Source of the DNA: an uncultured Methanolobus sp.
GTDB lineage: Archaea > Halobacteriota > Methanosarcinia > Methanosarcinales > Methanosarcinaceae
Assembly (NCBI GenBank): GCA_963675495.1
Contig: OY776215.1
Coordinates: forward strand, 736,001 to 800,000
Direction of reading: 5' to 3'
DNA length: 64,000 bases
Below the pieces are notes generated by a model. The model did no database searches, had not been told where the DNA came from, and worked only from the letters and a program-made list of their open reading frames with translations. The position numbers and the translations under genes are program-made. Positions 31,835-42,293 of the stretch are shown piece after piece (position 1 is the first letter of the stretch; each line of letters opens with the position of its first letter).

Positions 31835-32101
31835 ATGAACAAAATAAGAAATATCGTCATCATGGCTGCCCTCATCATTGGTGTAGTGGTTTCAGGATGT
31901 GCAGACACAAGCGTCACCGAAGAAGGAACAGTAATTAATGATACAGAGCCCGCAATAAGTGTTGCAGACGAACTACTCAGTGAAGAAATGGTTGGTATCA
32001 CAGACACAGAGATACAGGATCTTGAAGCTGAACTGGCAGAACTTGAAGCACTTATTGATGAAATGGATCTTGAAGAAGATATTGTTCTCGAGGAAATATG
32101 A
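31835..32101 (+). CDS. Small acidic lipoprotein
   Basis: Lipobox VSGC; acidic amphipathic helix EIQDLEAELAELEALIDEM. Confidence 0.8.
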   Translation: MNKIRNIVIMAALIIGVVVSGCADTSVTEEGTVINDTEPAISVADELLSEEMVGITDTEIQDLEAELAELEALIDEMDLEEDIVLEEI

Positions 32102-32130
32102 ATGCCTGGCATTCATGTTCCTTTTTGTTT
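32098..32130 (+). terminator. Inverted repeat plus T-tract
   Basis: ATGAATGC-ctg-GCATTCAT then gttcctttttgttt. Confidence 0.55.
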
Positions 32131-32265
32131 TGACGTTTTTACACTCTGTAGAACACCTAATTCTTATTTTTAGTGATGCATAAACATTGAATTAGTGTAT
32201 AACCCTGACAGATAATGTCAAGGTTATATTTATTGTTCAAATCAAAACTTCTGCAAAGCTTCTTC

Positions 32266-34302
32266 TTAAGACCTTTTTATACCCTGTTTAAGAGCCTTTT
32301 TACCCATATAATCAGGAATTATATTTTTTTCTACGACCAACTTGGATGTGCCGACTCCAACCACAATGATCTTAGACTCAACCGGTTTCTCACCTTCCCT
32401 GACTATGAGGTCTTTTTTAGTTACCTCTATATCTACTTCTCCTTCTAAGTAACCTGCAGCTCTCATGTAATCCATTATGATTTTTTCGCCGGTGTTCCTG
32501 GCAAACTCATACGCATCCATATACTGATAGAATATAGACCTGCCTTCTGGTGAAAACACGAAGTAATTGAGGATATCCTCTTTGGGGCCCTTCATTTCTA
32601 CATCTTCAACGTTTACCCCTACTACAGGATCAAAATCCCTTTTGATCAGTATTTCAACACGTTTGATACCTTTGCCTACAAGAGAACCAACAGCATTGCC
32701 TACATTAGCATGCTCCGGAACAACTATATCAGCATCTATCAGTTGTTCCATTTCCTCTTTATACGCAACAACAGGACCACCAAGCAGTACAACAGGAGTC
32801 TCTACCTTAAAACGAGTGAAATTCTCCCCGGAGAGTATATCGTTAACAACTGATTCCGGAATGCCTTTTATAAGGTAAGAAATAAGGTCCGATGCCATGT
32901 TCTTTGCAACTTGTCTTTTTACCATGCTGCAGAGTTCTTCCTTCTTAGTCCTTGTCAACTTGCCAATCTTCTCAGCACCTATTACGGATGCTTCAGTTTC
33001 CCATTCCCTGAAATCTCCAAGTACATGCAGGGCATCTGTTGGAGTGAAACCTATGGATTGGATCAAACGTTTCTTTATAAGGCCATCAATGGCACGTACA
33101 TTTGGCTGTTTCTTCAGGCGCTGGAAAATATCTACATAGGAAAGAGGAGTTCCCTGAATAACATCATACACCTCTTCTTCCATCTTTGTAAGTTCAAGAG
33201 AACGGACATCTGTGCGTACAAAGAATTTAGTTGGTTGAATATTTTCACAAAGAAGCGTTCTGGAAGGAGATTTAGCTTCCTTAAGTTTTTCAAGAAAACC
33301 AGGATACTCAACTGCAGCACGACAAAGGGGTATCACCCTTCTGGGCCCTACATAGAACTTTTGATTCTGGGCCCAGATATGACTGTCACCACCTGTGGCA
33401 GAGGTTTCCATTTTGATAGCCTTTACCATGGTCTTCCAACCGCCGACAATAGCTCCCTGATCACTTAGTTCCGGAACGCCATCTCTGACAAGAGCGACAT
33501 CCGTACTGGTACCCCCTACATCTACCATAGCGCAGGTAGGATATTTTGTGAGGAAGGCAGCACCTACAAGGCTTGCTGCAGGCCCGGAGAATATTGATTC
33601 AATTGGCCGTTCAAGTGCCTCTTCCATGCCTACTACAGAGCCATCACATTTGAGCATGAGCAGATTGGCATCAATTCCCCTTGACTTGATGTCCTGCATA
33701 ATGGACTGGATAAACTTGTGTGTAATGGGCAATAACTGGGCATTAAGATAAGCAGTAATAGCTCTGTCATAAGCGCCCACTTCCTGGGAGAGCTCATGTC
33801 CGCACACAACAGGCATCCCTGTGACCTCACGAATTATCTGTTTGACACGGAGTTCATGCTCTGAGTTACGGTTGCTAAAAAAAGAAGACACTGAAAATGC
33901 CGCAACATGGTCCTTTATTTCAAGGGCAAATTGTCTAACTCCCTCTTCATCAAGAGGAGCTGCTTCTTCACCATTACTGGTATGGCCACCGCTAAGTCTG
34001 ACATAGTATTGAGCAGGAAAACCTTCTTCAGGGATCGCATAATCACCAACAAGCATCACACCAACCGGAAAACCTGTATCTTCAAGTATAGTGTTGGTCG
34101 AAAGAGTTGTTGAAACAGAAACCAATTTGACTTTTTTTACATAATCCTGATTCAGACTATCAATTAGTTTTTTAATTCCATCTATAGGATTTGGATAGGT
34201 GGTAAGTACTTTAGCAGCATCCAGTATCACACCATCCGAATCACGGATAATAACCCCGTCTGTAAAGGTCCCTCCGGCATCAATGCCAAGACTGTATTGC
34301 AT
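32266..34302 (-). CDS. Hydantoinase A/oxoprolinase family ATPase, copy 1
   Basis: GIDAGGTFTD, STTLSTN, SGPAAS, DVGGTSTD, ANVGNAVG. Confidence 0.9.
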   Translation of the reverse strand: MQYSLGIDAGGTFTDGVIIRDSDGVILDAAKVLTTYPNPIDGIKKLIDSLNQDYVKKVKLVSVSTTLSTNTILEDTGFPVGVMLVGDYAIPEEGFPAQYYVRLSGGHTSNGEEAAPLDEEGVRQFALEIKDHVAAFSVSSFFSNRNSEHELRVKQIIREVTGMPVVCGHELSQEVGAYDRAITAYLNAQLLPITHKFIQSIMQDIKSRGIDANLLMLKCDGSVVGMEEALERPIESIFSGPAASLVGAAFLTKYPTCAMVDVGGTSTDVALVRDGVPELSDQGAIVGGWKTMVKAIKMETSATGGDSHIWAQNQKFYVGPRRVIPLCRAAVEYPGFLEKLKEAKSPSRTLLCENIQPTKFFVRTDVRSLELTKMEEEVYDVIQGTPLSYVDIFQRLKKQPNVRAIDGLIKKRLIQSIGFTPTDALHVLGDFREWETEASVIGAEKIGKLTRTKKEELCSMVKRQVAKNMASDLISYLIKGIPESVVNDILSGENFTRFKVETPVVLLGGPVVAYKEEMEQLIDADIVVPEHANVGNAVGSLVGKGIKRVEILIKRDFDPVVGVNVEDVEMKGPKEDILNYFVFSPEGRSIFYQYMDAYEFARNTGEKIIMDYMRAAGYLEGEVDIEVTKKDLIVREGEKPVESKIIVVGVGTSKLVVEKNIIPDYMGKKALKQGIKRS

Positions 34303-34388
34303 TTTTGATTAACTCCTTGGAAAAACGATCAATTTTAATATATATAGTGCGGATAAAAAAAACGGTTTTGCACTATTTAAACATTACC
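34303..34388 (-). promoter_or_regulatory. Promoter/leader conserved with the copy-2 upstream region
   Basis: GGTAAT..TTAAATA.TGCAAAACC.TT...GCACT...TGATC...CAAGGAGT.AATCAAAA shared with 39615..39697. Confidence 0.65.
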
Positions 34389-34638
34389 AATTTAATCTGA
34401 AAATCTTCGGCGTTACTTGCACGATCACCACTAAGCATAACGCAATAAACAACAGGAAAAATCTAATAACTACATATATAATGAAATAAATTATAATAAT
34501 GAAACGATGAACATAGATGTTATGTGTTACATGTTTTGTCGTTCATATAAATTAACAACTTGTCTACAGATAACTTTTTATAGAAGAACAAACAACCTGT
34601 TCAAACTTAGAAATGATACCATATCTAAGAGGAAAATC

Positions 34639-35496
34639 ATGGGAAATATGATAAAAACTACATTATTACTGGCCTCCCTTACCGGTTTACTGGTCATTGT
34701 CGGCCAGATGATAGGCGGGACGTCAGGAATGATCATTGCATTTATATTTGCGATAATCATGAACTTCGGAAGCTATTGGTATAGTGACAAGATCGTCTTG
34801 AAAATGTACCATGCACAGGAAGCCACTGCAGCTGAAGCTCCACAACTTCATGGAATTGTTCAGAAGCTGGCCATGCGTGCAGATCTGCCAATGCCAAAAG
34901 TCTATATTGTAAACACATCCATGCCAAATGCATTTGCAACAGGCAGGGATCCACAACATGCTGCAGTTGCTGCAACCACAGGAATACTGGACCTGCTGAC
35001 AGCTGAAGAGCTTGAAGGTGTACTGGCACATGAAATGGCACACGTAAAGAACCGTGACACCCTGATAAGTGCAGTAGCTGCAACCATTGCCGGTGTTATT
35101 ACTATGGTAGCCACATGGGTCAAATGGGCAGCCATATTCGGAGGAATTGGTGGAAGGGACAGTGAGGGTGGAAGCAATATAATCGGTTTTCTCGCACTTG
35201 CAATTGTTGCCCCATTGGCAGCAACAGTAATCCAGCTTGCAATTTCAAGGTCAAGAGAGTTTGCAGCCGATGAAGAAGGAGCACGCATCTCACAGAAACC
35301 ATGGGCTCTTGCAAGCGCACTTGAAAAACTCGAATACGGTAGCAAAAATTATCGCCAAAGAAGAGGCGATGTACAGCCATCCCAGACCACCGCACATATG
35401 TTCATCGTGAACCCATTGAAAGGAAGCGCACTTATGAACCTGTTCAGAACACACCCCGTTACAGAAGAGCGTATCAGACGCCTTCGTGCAATGTGA
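34639..35496 (+). CDS. htpX: Zinc metalloprotease HtpX
   Basis: [38 protein letters not shown]. Confidence 0.95.
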   Translation: MGNMIKTTLLLASLTGLLVIVGQMIGGTSGMIIAFIFAIIMNFGSYWYSDKIVLKMYHAQEATAAEAPQLHGIVQKLAMRADLPMPKVYIVNTSMPNAFATGRDPQHAAVAATTGILDLLTAEELEGVLAHEMAHVKNRDTLISAVAATIAGVITMVATWVKWAAIFGGIGGRDSEGGSNIIGFLALAIVAPLAATVIQLAISRSREFAADEEGARISQKPWALASALEKLEYGSKNYRQRRGDVQPSQTTAHMFIVNPLKGSALMNLFRTHPVTEERIRRLRAM

Positions 35497-35505
35497 TTAT
35501 AAGAA

Positions 35506-35955
35506 TCAGAAATTAAAGAGGCTTGTCTGTCCCCTTTCAACGAGATGGACGACCTCCACACCGTTTTCTTCGAGCTTTATGGAAAGATATTGCCTGTGAC
35601 AGCTTTTTGGACTTTTTTCCGCACACATCAATACCAACCTGCCATTCTCTTCATCTACTTTCCTGATAAGCTCCATGAGCTTTTCAAAGCTGCCCTTAAA
35701 AGCATCTGTATCCATATATTCAGCATAAGTGGAATCACGCATTCCTCCTACGCCTTCAAAATGTGAGTACATGATCCCATTCTTAGGGAGAATCAACTCA
35801 AGTGACTCCTTGTCATAGTCCTTGAACGTAGACTGTGGATATCTCCTTATATCCACAAGATGGGTAACCTTATTCTCAATAAGCATATCAATAAACTCAT
35901 TGATCTGACGATTTCCATATCCTATCGTATAGCACTTCATTCTTTGCACCATCAT
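35506..35955 (-). CDS. DUF488 family protein
   Basis: YTIGYGNR, LVDIRRYP, LMCAE...CHR. Confidence 0.88.
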   Translation of the reverse strand: MMVQRMKCYTIGYGNRQINEFIDMLIENKVTHLVDIRRYPQSTFKDYDKESLELILPKNGIMYSHFEGVGGMRDSTYAEYMDTDAFKGSFEKLMELIRKVDEENGRLVLMCAEKSPKSCHRQYLSIKLEENGVEVVHLVERGQTSLFNF

Positions 35956-36030
35956 TTATGTAATAGATGAAGTGTTATTTTTTTATTTAAATGTTGATAC
36001 GGGATTTCTGACTTATGGTAAATATGAACC

Positions 36031-36114
36031 TTATGAACTTGCACACTCCATAAAACATGAGCATTGTTCCTGCTCATCGATAAGAATATCACTAAGAAAG
36101 GCTATTTTGTCCAT
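36031..36114 (-). CDS. Possible 27-aa small protein with Cys-rich C-terminus
   Basis: MDKIAFLSDILIDEQEQCSCFMECASS; BRE/TATA-like AAAACCAATATAAATA about 20-30 nt upstream. Confidence 0.3.
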   Translation of the reverse strand: MDKIAFLSDILIDEQEQCSCFMECASS

Positions 36115-36253
36115 GCATTCTAGTATAAGGAAAATATTTATATTGGTTTTGTTGAAACTAAAAAGTGATATTCCTTTTTGATGCATAATGGGAATGGCAT
36201 CTGAAAATATCAAACTATCATACTTATTCAAATTTATAGACTAAGAGGATAAA

Positions 36254-37531
36254 ATGAAAGTATCTGTCAACACTTCAAAGATCAATGGTGAAGTATTTGC
36301 ACCACCGTCTAAAAGTTATACACACCGGGCAATCACAATTGCCGCCCTGTCGGATGAATGTGTGATTCATCGGCCCCTTCTCTCAGCTGATACCCTTGCA
36401 ACTATACGTGCATGTGAAGCATTAGGAGCAACTATTGAAAAAACAGAAGAAAAACTCCATATAACAGGAGTTAATAGTAAGCCCTTTGTTCCCAATGATG
36501 TGATAGATGTCGCAAACTCAGGAACTACTTTGAGGTTCATGACAGCTGTATCAGCACTTACCAATGGAGTAACAGTGCTTACAGGTGACGGTTCGATCAG
36601 GAACAGACCAAATCAGCCACTCCTTGATGTACTGAACAAACTTGGTGTAGAAGCATATTCAACCCGTGGCAATGGATGCGCACCTCTTGTCGTGCGCGGG
36701 GGACTAAAGGGAGCTATAACAATGATAGATGGCTCAATAAGTTCACAATTCATTTCCGCACTTCTAATCGCATGTCCTTTAACAACACAAAGCACAACCC
36801 TTTCCATAAAAGGGGAAATGAAATCAAGACCTTATGTTGATGTAACCATCGAGCTGATCGAAAGGGCAGGTGCTGAGATCCTTATTGAGGAAAGTAACAA
36901 TATTAAGTTCATAATACCTGCCAACCAGAGATATAATCTCAAAGAATATACCGTTCCGGGAGACTTCTCGTCAGCTTCCTATCTGTTAGCTGCTGCAGCG
37001 ATCACAGGTTCTACCGTTACCGTGAAGAATCTCTTCCCCTCAAAACAGGGAGATGTTGATATAATCGACGTCCTTGGACGCATGGGAGCAGAAATCTCAT
37101 GGGACAAAGAGAACGGAGTAGTCAAAGTTACAGGAAACGGCCTCAAAGGAACTACCTTCGATGCAGGAGCAACACCTGATCTTGTGCCCACCATTGCTGT
37201 ACTTGCAGCATGCGCTGAAGGTATGACAGTGATAGAGAATGCAGAACACGTGCGTTATAAGGAAACAGACAGACTTCATGCAATGGCACTTGAACTGGCA
37301 AAAATGGGAATCTCCGTAAGGGAAGAACCTGATCAACTAATGATCACGGGCGGGACGCTGCGCAGTGCACAGCTACACGGATGGCATGACCACAGAATAG
37401 TCATGGCACTCACAATTGCCGGAATGGTTGCAGGAGATACTACAATAGATACTGCGGAATCCGTGGAGATATCTTTCCCCAACTTTTTTGAGGAAATGAT
37501 GGCCCTTGGAGCTCAAATAACTCCTTTCTGA
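36254..37531 (+). CDS. aroA: 3-phosphoshikimate 1-carboxyvinyltransferase
   Basis: PSKSYTHR, NSGTTLRF, SSQFISALL, RYKETDR, DHRIVM. Confidence 0.97.
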   Translation: MKVSVNTSKINGEVFAPPSKSYTHRAITIAALSDECVIHRPLLSADTLATIRACEALGATIEKTEEKLHITGVNSKPFVPNDVIDVANSGTTLRFMTAVSALTNGVTVLTGDGSIRNRPNQPLLDVLNKLGVEAYSTRGNGCAPLVVRGGLKGAITMIDGSISSQFISALLIACPLTTQSTTLSIKGEMKSRPYVDVTIELIERAGAEILIEESNNIKFIIPANQRYNLKEYTVPGDFSSASYLLAAAAITGSTVTVKNLFPSKQGDVDIIDVLGRMGAEISWDKENGVVKVTGNGLKGTTFDAGATPDLVPTIAVLAACAEGMTVIENAEHVRYKETDRLHAMALELAKMGISVREEPDQLMITGGTLRSAQLHGWHDHRIVMALTIAGMVAGDTTIDTAESVEISFPNFFEEMMALGAQITPF

Positions 37532-37565
37532 TAAAAATAGAAAAAATGGGAAGGAAACTTCCCTT

Positions 37566-39614
37566 TTACTTTCCTGAATAGGAACTTTCAGCTGATCTGC
37601 TGCTTATGGCTTTTTTACGCATATAATCAGGAATTACGTCTTTTTCCACAACCAACCTGGATGTTCCGATTCCAACTACAATGACCTTACTTTCAACCGG
37701 TTCTTCACCTTCTCTGGTCATGAGGTCCTTTTTAGTCACCTCAATTTTTACCTCATCTTTTGAATAACCTGCTGCCTTCATATAGTCCATTATTATTTTC
37801 TTGCCGCTGTTACGGGCAAATTCATAAGCATCCATATACTGCGGGAATATGGTCCTTCCCTCTGGTGAGAAGACGAAGTACTGTATAACCTCTTTGGCAT
37901 TTTTTAACTCCTCATCCGTAACATCAGCCCCCGTAATTGGAGCAAAATCCCTCTTGATGAGTATCTCGACACGCTTGATACCTTTGCCCACAAGAGAACC
38001 AACAGCATTCCCTACATCAGCGTGCTCCGGAACGACTATATTAGCATCAAGCAGCTTTTCCATCTCTTCTTTATAGGCAACTACAGGACCACCAAGCAGC
38101 ACCACGGGAGTTTCCACTTTAAAGCGGGTGAAATTATCCCCGGAAAGCATCTGGTTAATAACCGAATCCTGTATACCTGTGACCAGATATGAAACAAGGT
38201 CTTTTGCCATGTTCCTTGCAACCTGCTGTTTTACCATTGTTGAAAATTCTTCCTTGCTGGTCCTTAGCTGCTTGGCAAGTCGCTCAGCCCCGATCATGGA
38301 TGCTTCCACATTCCATAGACTGAACTCCCCAAGCACATGCAAGGCATCTGTTGGAGTGAAGCCGATAGACTGGACCAGACGTTTCTGTATGAGACTGTCA
38401 AGGACACGAACACTTGGCTGTTTCTTCAGGCGCTGGAATAGATCCACATACGACAAAGGATTTCCCTGAATAGTATCATATATCTCTTCCTCGGCCCTTG
38501 TGAGTTCAAGGGGTTTGAGACCCGTGCGTACAAAGAACTTCGTTGCCTGTATGTTTTCACAAAGAAGTTTTCTGGAAGGTGATTTAGATTCCTTAAGCCT
38601 CTCAAGGAAACCTGTGTACAGGACGGCAGCGCGACAAAGGGGTATCACCCTTCTGGGTCCTACGTAGAACTTTTGATTCTGGGCCCAGATATGGCTGTCA
38701 CCACCTGTGGCAGATGTTTCCATTCTTATGGCCTTTACCATGGTCTTCCAACCACCGACAATGGCACCTTGATCACTAATTTCAGGTACACCATCCCTGA
38801 TAAGAGCAACATCAGTACTGGTACCCCCCACATCTACCATGGCACATGTCGGGTATTTTGTGAGGAAGGCAGCACCTACGAGACTTGCTGCAGGTCCGGA
38901 GAATATTGATTCAATTGGCCGTTCAAGCGCCTCTTCCATACCTACTACAGACCCATCACATTTGAGCATAAGGAGATTGGCATCAATTCCCCTTGACTTG
39001 ATGTCCTGTATAATGGACTGGATAAACTTGTGTGTAATGGGTAATAACTGGGCATTAAGATAAGCAGTAATTGCCCTGTCATAGGCACCCACTTCCTGGG
39101 AAAGCTCATGTCCGCACACAACAGGCATTCCTGTGAGCTCACGGATTATCTGCTTGACACGGAGTTCATGATCTGAATTACGGTTACTGAAAAAAGAAGA
39201 CACTGAAAATGCTGCAACATGATCCTTCACTTCAAGAGCAAAATTTCTAACTCCCTCTTCATCAAGGGGAGCGGCTTCTTCACCATTACTGGTATGCCCA
39301 CCACTAAGCCTGACATAGTACTGGGCAGGAAAACCATCACTGGGAATCACGTAATCGCCAACCAGTATTACGCCTACTGGAAAACCCGTATCTTCAAGTA
39401 TAGTATTGGTCGAAAGAGTTGTTGAAACAGAAACCAGCTTTATATCTTTCACATAATCCGCATTCAGAGTATCAATTACTTTTTTAATTCCACCAATTGG
39501 ATCGGGATATGTGGTAAGCACTTTAGCAGCATCCAGTATCACACCATCCGAATCACGGATAATAACTCCATCTGTAAAGGTTCCTCCGGCATCAATGCCA
39601 AGACTGTATTGCAT
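37566..39614 (-). CDS. Hydantoinase A/oxoprolinase family ATPase, copy 2
   Basis: Close paralogue of 32266..34302 with the same motifs. Confidence 0.9.
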   Translation of the reverse strand: MQYSLGIDAGGTFTDGVIIRDSDGVILDAAKVLTTYPDPIGGIKKVIDTLNADYVKDIKLVSVSTTLSTNTILEDTGFPVGVILVGDYVIPSDGFPAQYYVRLSGGHTSNGEEAAPLDEEGVRNFALEVKDHVAAFSVSSFFSNRNSDHELRVKQIIRELTGMPVVCGHELSQEVGAYDRAITAYLNAQLLPITHKFIQSIIQDIKSRGIDANLLMLKCDGSVVGMEEALERPIESIFSGPAASLVGAAFLTKYPTCAMVDVGGTSTDVALIRDGVPEISDQGAIVGGWKTMVKAIRMETSATGGDSHIWAQNQKFYVGPRRVIPLCRAAVLYTGFLERLKESKSPSRKLLCENIQATKFFVRTGLKPLELTRAEEEIYDTIQGNPLSYVDLFQRLKKQPSVRVLDSLIQKRLVQSIGFTPTDALHVLGEFSLWNVEASMIGAERLAKQLRTSKEEFSTMVKQQVARNMAKDLVSYLVTGIQDSVINQMLSGDNFTRFKVETPVVLLGGPVVAYKEEMEKLLDANIVVPEHADVGNAVGSLVGKGIKRVEILIKRDFAPITGADVTDEELKNAKEVIQYFVFSPEGRTIFPQYMDAYEFARNSGKKIIMDYMKAAGYSKDEVKIEVTKKDLMTREGEEPVESKVIVVGIGTSRLVVEKDVIPDYMRKKAISSRSAESSYSGK

Positions 39615-39697
39615 TTTGATTCACTCCTTGAAACAAAGATCAAAGTTAATAATTAACAGTGCAAAAAAGAATGGTTTTGCAATATTTAAGAATTACC
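39615..39697 (-). promoter_or_regulatory. Promoter/leader conserved with the copy-1 upstream region
   Basis: Same motif blocks as 34303..34388. Confidence 0.65.
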
Positions 39698-39754
39698 CGC
39701 TAGGTCAGGAAAGAAATGGAGTAAAACAGAAATGAGAACGAAATTATGTACTGA

Positions 39755-39792
39755 ATAAAAAAAGAATAAGTAGTAGGCATAAAGCCTACACT
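39755..39792 (-). terminator. mcr operon terminator
   Basis: GTAGGC-tttat-GCCTAC hairpin followed by TTATTCTTTTTT on the minus strand. Confidence 0.65.
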
Positions 39793-39802
39793 TGTTTTGA
39801 AA

Positions 39803-41521
39803 TTATTTTGCTGGGATGATGAGTGATCTCTCACCAGCAGGCTCGAACTCTTTGAGTGCACCCTTTGCGAACTCTTTCCTTGGCTGTGTAAAGTCAAATG
39901 GAAGGAGTTTGTCTGCGAAACAGACTTTGACAAGTGGGTTGAGTGCGTATGCATCTCCACGTCCAGCATGTGCAGCTGAGGTGATAGCTGCGTATCCACC
40001 CTGGTGACCTACATTCATTGCGTAGTTTGGATAGTTTGGTCCACGCAGTTCAAGAGCCAGACCTTCGTCGGACTGGTATGAGAGAACGTTGGTTGCACCA
40101 CACTGGTCCTGCAGGTCGTATCCGAAGAAACCGAGTCTTCCGAGTGCTTCCTTGTGCAGGTACATACAGAGGTACCATCCAGAAAGACCAGCGTTTCCGT
40201 TTCCTGTTGCCAGGGATACAGCTGAACCAGCTGCTGCGGAAAGACTTGTTGCTCTCTGTGATCCACCGAAGTGGTCTTCGAGGGTTGTTGGGTACTTCTC
40301 GTAGTTTTCAAGACCGTAGATAGTAGACTCTGTTGCGATGTCCTTTACTACATCGAGACTTGCCTTTACCTTGTTGTCTGTACCCTTGTTTGCTGCACCA
40401 TCGTACTTGTCGTTGATGTAGTCAACGTTGTAGTAGAGGTTGTCATCAAGGATGTTGTTACAGTATGCAGCTGTTGCGTACTGGGTGAAACCTACACCAC
40501 CAGACATGTATGAACCGAGCCAGATCTGGTCGTAAAGCATACATCCTGCACCGACTACTTCAAGAGCTACGTGTGCTGGGTCGTCTGAATCTACACGGCT
40601 TGTCTGTACGATATCTGCGAGGTGACCGAATGGAATTCCACCAGGCTCATTTGGTGCACGTGCACGTCTTGCTGGGAGCATTTCACCCATCTGGATAACA
40701 CCTGCATGCTTTGCTGCGTATGAAAGGTCAGCTACTGCTGCTTCACCAGCACACATGCTGTATGCTGAAATGAATGACATACCGACCTGCATAGCCATCC
40801 ACCTGCTTGTCTGACCACCATCTGTGGTCCTGCTGACAATGGTTGGGATGTGTGCTGCCTGGAAGGAGTGCTTGCCAATAGCTGCTTTAAGCTGCTCTGC
40901 CTGATCTGCAGGGAATTCCTTGTTGATGTCTATAAGGAACTGGCTGTCGATCTCATCTGCAAGTTCATCGTCACCGGTGAAGATCTTTACGTAACAGTCA
41001 TCCACAAGTGCAGGGTGTGTCTCGACCATGTGTTCCTGAACAACTGCTCCACCAGGAAGTGCGTGGTTGAGTGTCTCAAGGTAGTGGTTGATCGTCTCTG
41101 GTGTGACTTCGATACCGAGCCTCTTCTCGAGTGTCTCGTGTGCCATGTCCAGACCGACAATTACGGTCCTTCTGATGTCATCCCACATCTGCTGCATTGC
41201 AGCATTGTTGACGTAGTGAAGATCATCCATCTCAACCATATCATCTGTTCCTGAAAGGAATGATGGGGTAAGTGCTCTCTGACCGAGTGGAATACCACCA
41301 CAGTGCATCATTGGATTGTAACCGACAAGTCCTCTCTTATCTGCGAGGGCTTCACCAGCTTTTCTCATTTCTAATTTTCTAGGGTTCTGATCGACACCAA
41401 GTCTAAAGTACTCTACGGTCTTGTCGGTGATCTGTCCACCTTCCATCTTGTTAGTACCGTGTTCTTTTGTGTACTTGATCTCCATGTGTTTTGCAAACTT
41501 TCTCTGTCTGTCATCTGCCAT
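39803..41521 (-). CDS. mcrA: Methyl-coenzyme M reductase alpha subunit
   Basis: [53 protein letters not shown]; true start MADD at 41521. Confidence 0.99.
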   Translation of the reverse strand: MADDRQRKFAKHMEIKYTKEHGTNKMEGGQITDKTVEYFRLGVDQNPRKLEMRKAGEALADKRGLVGYNPMMHCGGIPLGQRALTPSFLSGTDDMVEMDDLHYVNNAAMQQMWDDIRRTVIVGLDMAHETLEKRLGIEVTPETINHYLETLNHALPGGAVVQEHMVETHPALVDDCYVKIFTGDDELADEIDSQFLIDINKEFPADQAEQLKAAIGKHSFQAAHIPTIVSRTTDGGQTSRWMAMQVGMSFISAYSMCAGEAAVADLSYAAKHAGVIQMGEMLPARRARAPNEPGGIPFGHLADIVQTSRVDSDDPAHVALEVVGAGCMLYDQIWLGSYMSGGVGFTQYATAAYCNNILDDNLYYNVDYINDKYDGAANKGTDNKVKASLDVVKDIATESTIYGLENYEKYPTTLEDHFGGSQRATSLSAAAGSAVSLATGNGNAGLSGWYLCMYLHKEALGRLGFFGYDLQDQCGATNVLSYQSDEGLALELRGPNYPNYAMNVGHQGGYAAITSAAHAGRGDAYALNPLVKVCFADKLLPFDFTQPRKEFAKGALKEFEPAGERSLIIPAK

Positions 41522-41531
41522 TATAATCACC

Positions 41532-42281
41532 TTAGTTCTCCGGCTTGAAGCCAAATTTGGTTCTCTGGTCGAATACTCTGTGTATCCATTCAATGACTTC
41601 TGAATCATCTCTGAATGCTACGTTGTCGACACGGTATATGGTTGTCCTCTTTGCTGCTTCGTCTGCAGACATTGGTTTTCCGAGGTTAACCTTCTTATCG
41701 ATTGGTCTTCCTACCTGGTCCTTGTGCATTGTGACTACATCGCCTTCTTTTCTGCACCTTTCAAGCATGTCGAACATTACACCGTCTTCTGGAAGTCTGA
41801 GTGAGTGACCGTGTACTGTTGCGCCTCTAAGACTTGCGAGTGCTGGGCAGGTCATTTCAGTTTCCATCTGGAACTTTGCGATCTCTTCCATGTCTCTTTC
41901 ACGAGCTTCAACGACCTGACGACCGGAAAGTGTACCTGGGTCAACGCCTCTGAAGTTGATTGCTGCTGCGTAGGACCTGAAGTATGGTGTTGATGGTGCG
42001 TTGTACATTGAGTCAACGAACTGCACATACCTTACTCTGTCACCAGCTTTTGCGCCTGGTGTTGGTTCTACCATTTCTCTGATTGAGCATTCTGGTTCGC
42101 CCATTTCTGCAAGTGGTGGGTGAGTGCTTGGGTAGTCACTACCTGGTGCGCGGTGTCCGAGAACAAGTGTCAGGTCATCGTCGGAGATATCTCTGAGTTT
42201 CTCCACTTTGCCGGACATGTGTTTTCTTCTATTTTCAGCAACTGATGTTGCTCCTGGATAATACTGTGGTTCATATGCCAT
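41532..42281 (-). CDS. mcrG: Methyl-coenzyme M reductase gamma subunit
   Basis: [35 protein letters not shown]. Confidence 0.99.
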   Translation of the reverse strand: MAYEPQYYPGATSVAENRRKHMSGKVEKLRDISDDDLTLVLGHRAPGSDYPSTHPPLAEMGEPECSIREMVEPTPGAKAGDRVRYVQFVDSMYNAPSTPYFRSYAAAINFRGVDPGTLSGRQVVEARERDMEEIAKFQMETEMTCPALASLRGATVHGHSLRLPEDGVMFDMLERCRKEGDVVTMHKDQVGRPIDKKVNLGKPMSADEAAKRTTIYRVDNVAFRDDSEVIEWIHRVFDQRTKFGFKPEN

Positions 42282-42293
42282 AATTATTCACTC

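Noticed and set aside
39803-41521. Divergent alkyl-CoM reductase
   Set aside because: Active-site and modification motifs are canonical for Methanosarcinaceae MCR
41522-41608. N-terminal extension of McrA in the ORF track
   Set aside because: It overlaps mcrG; the ATG at 41521 has a GGTGA RBS and gives a typical McrA start
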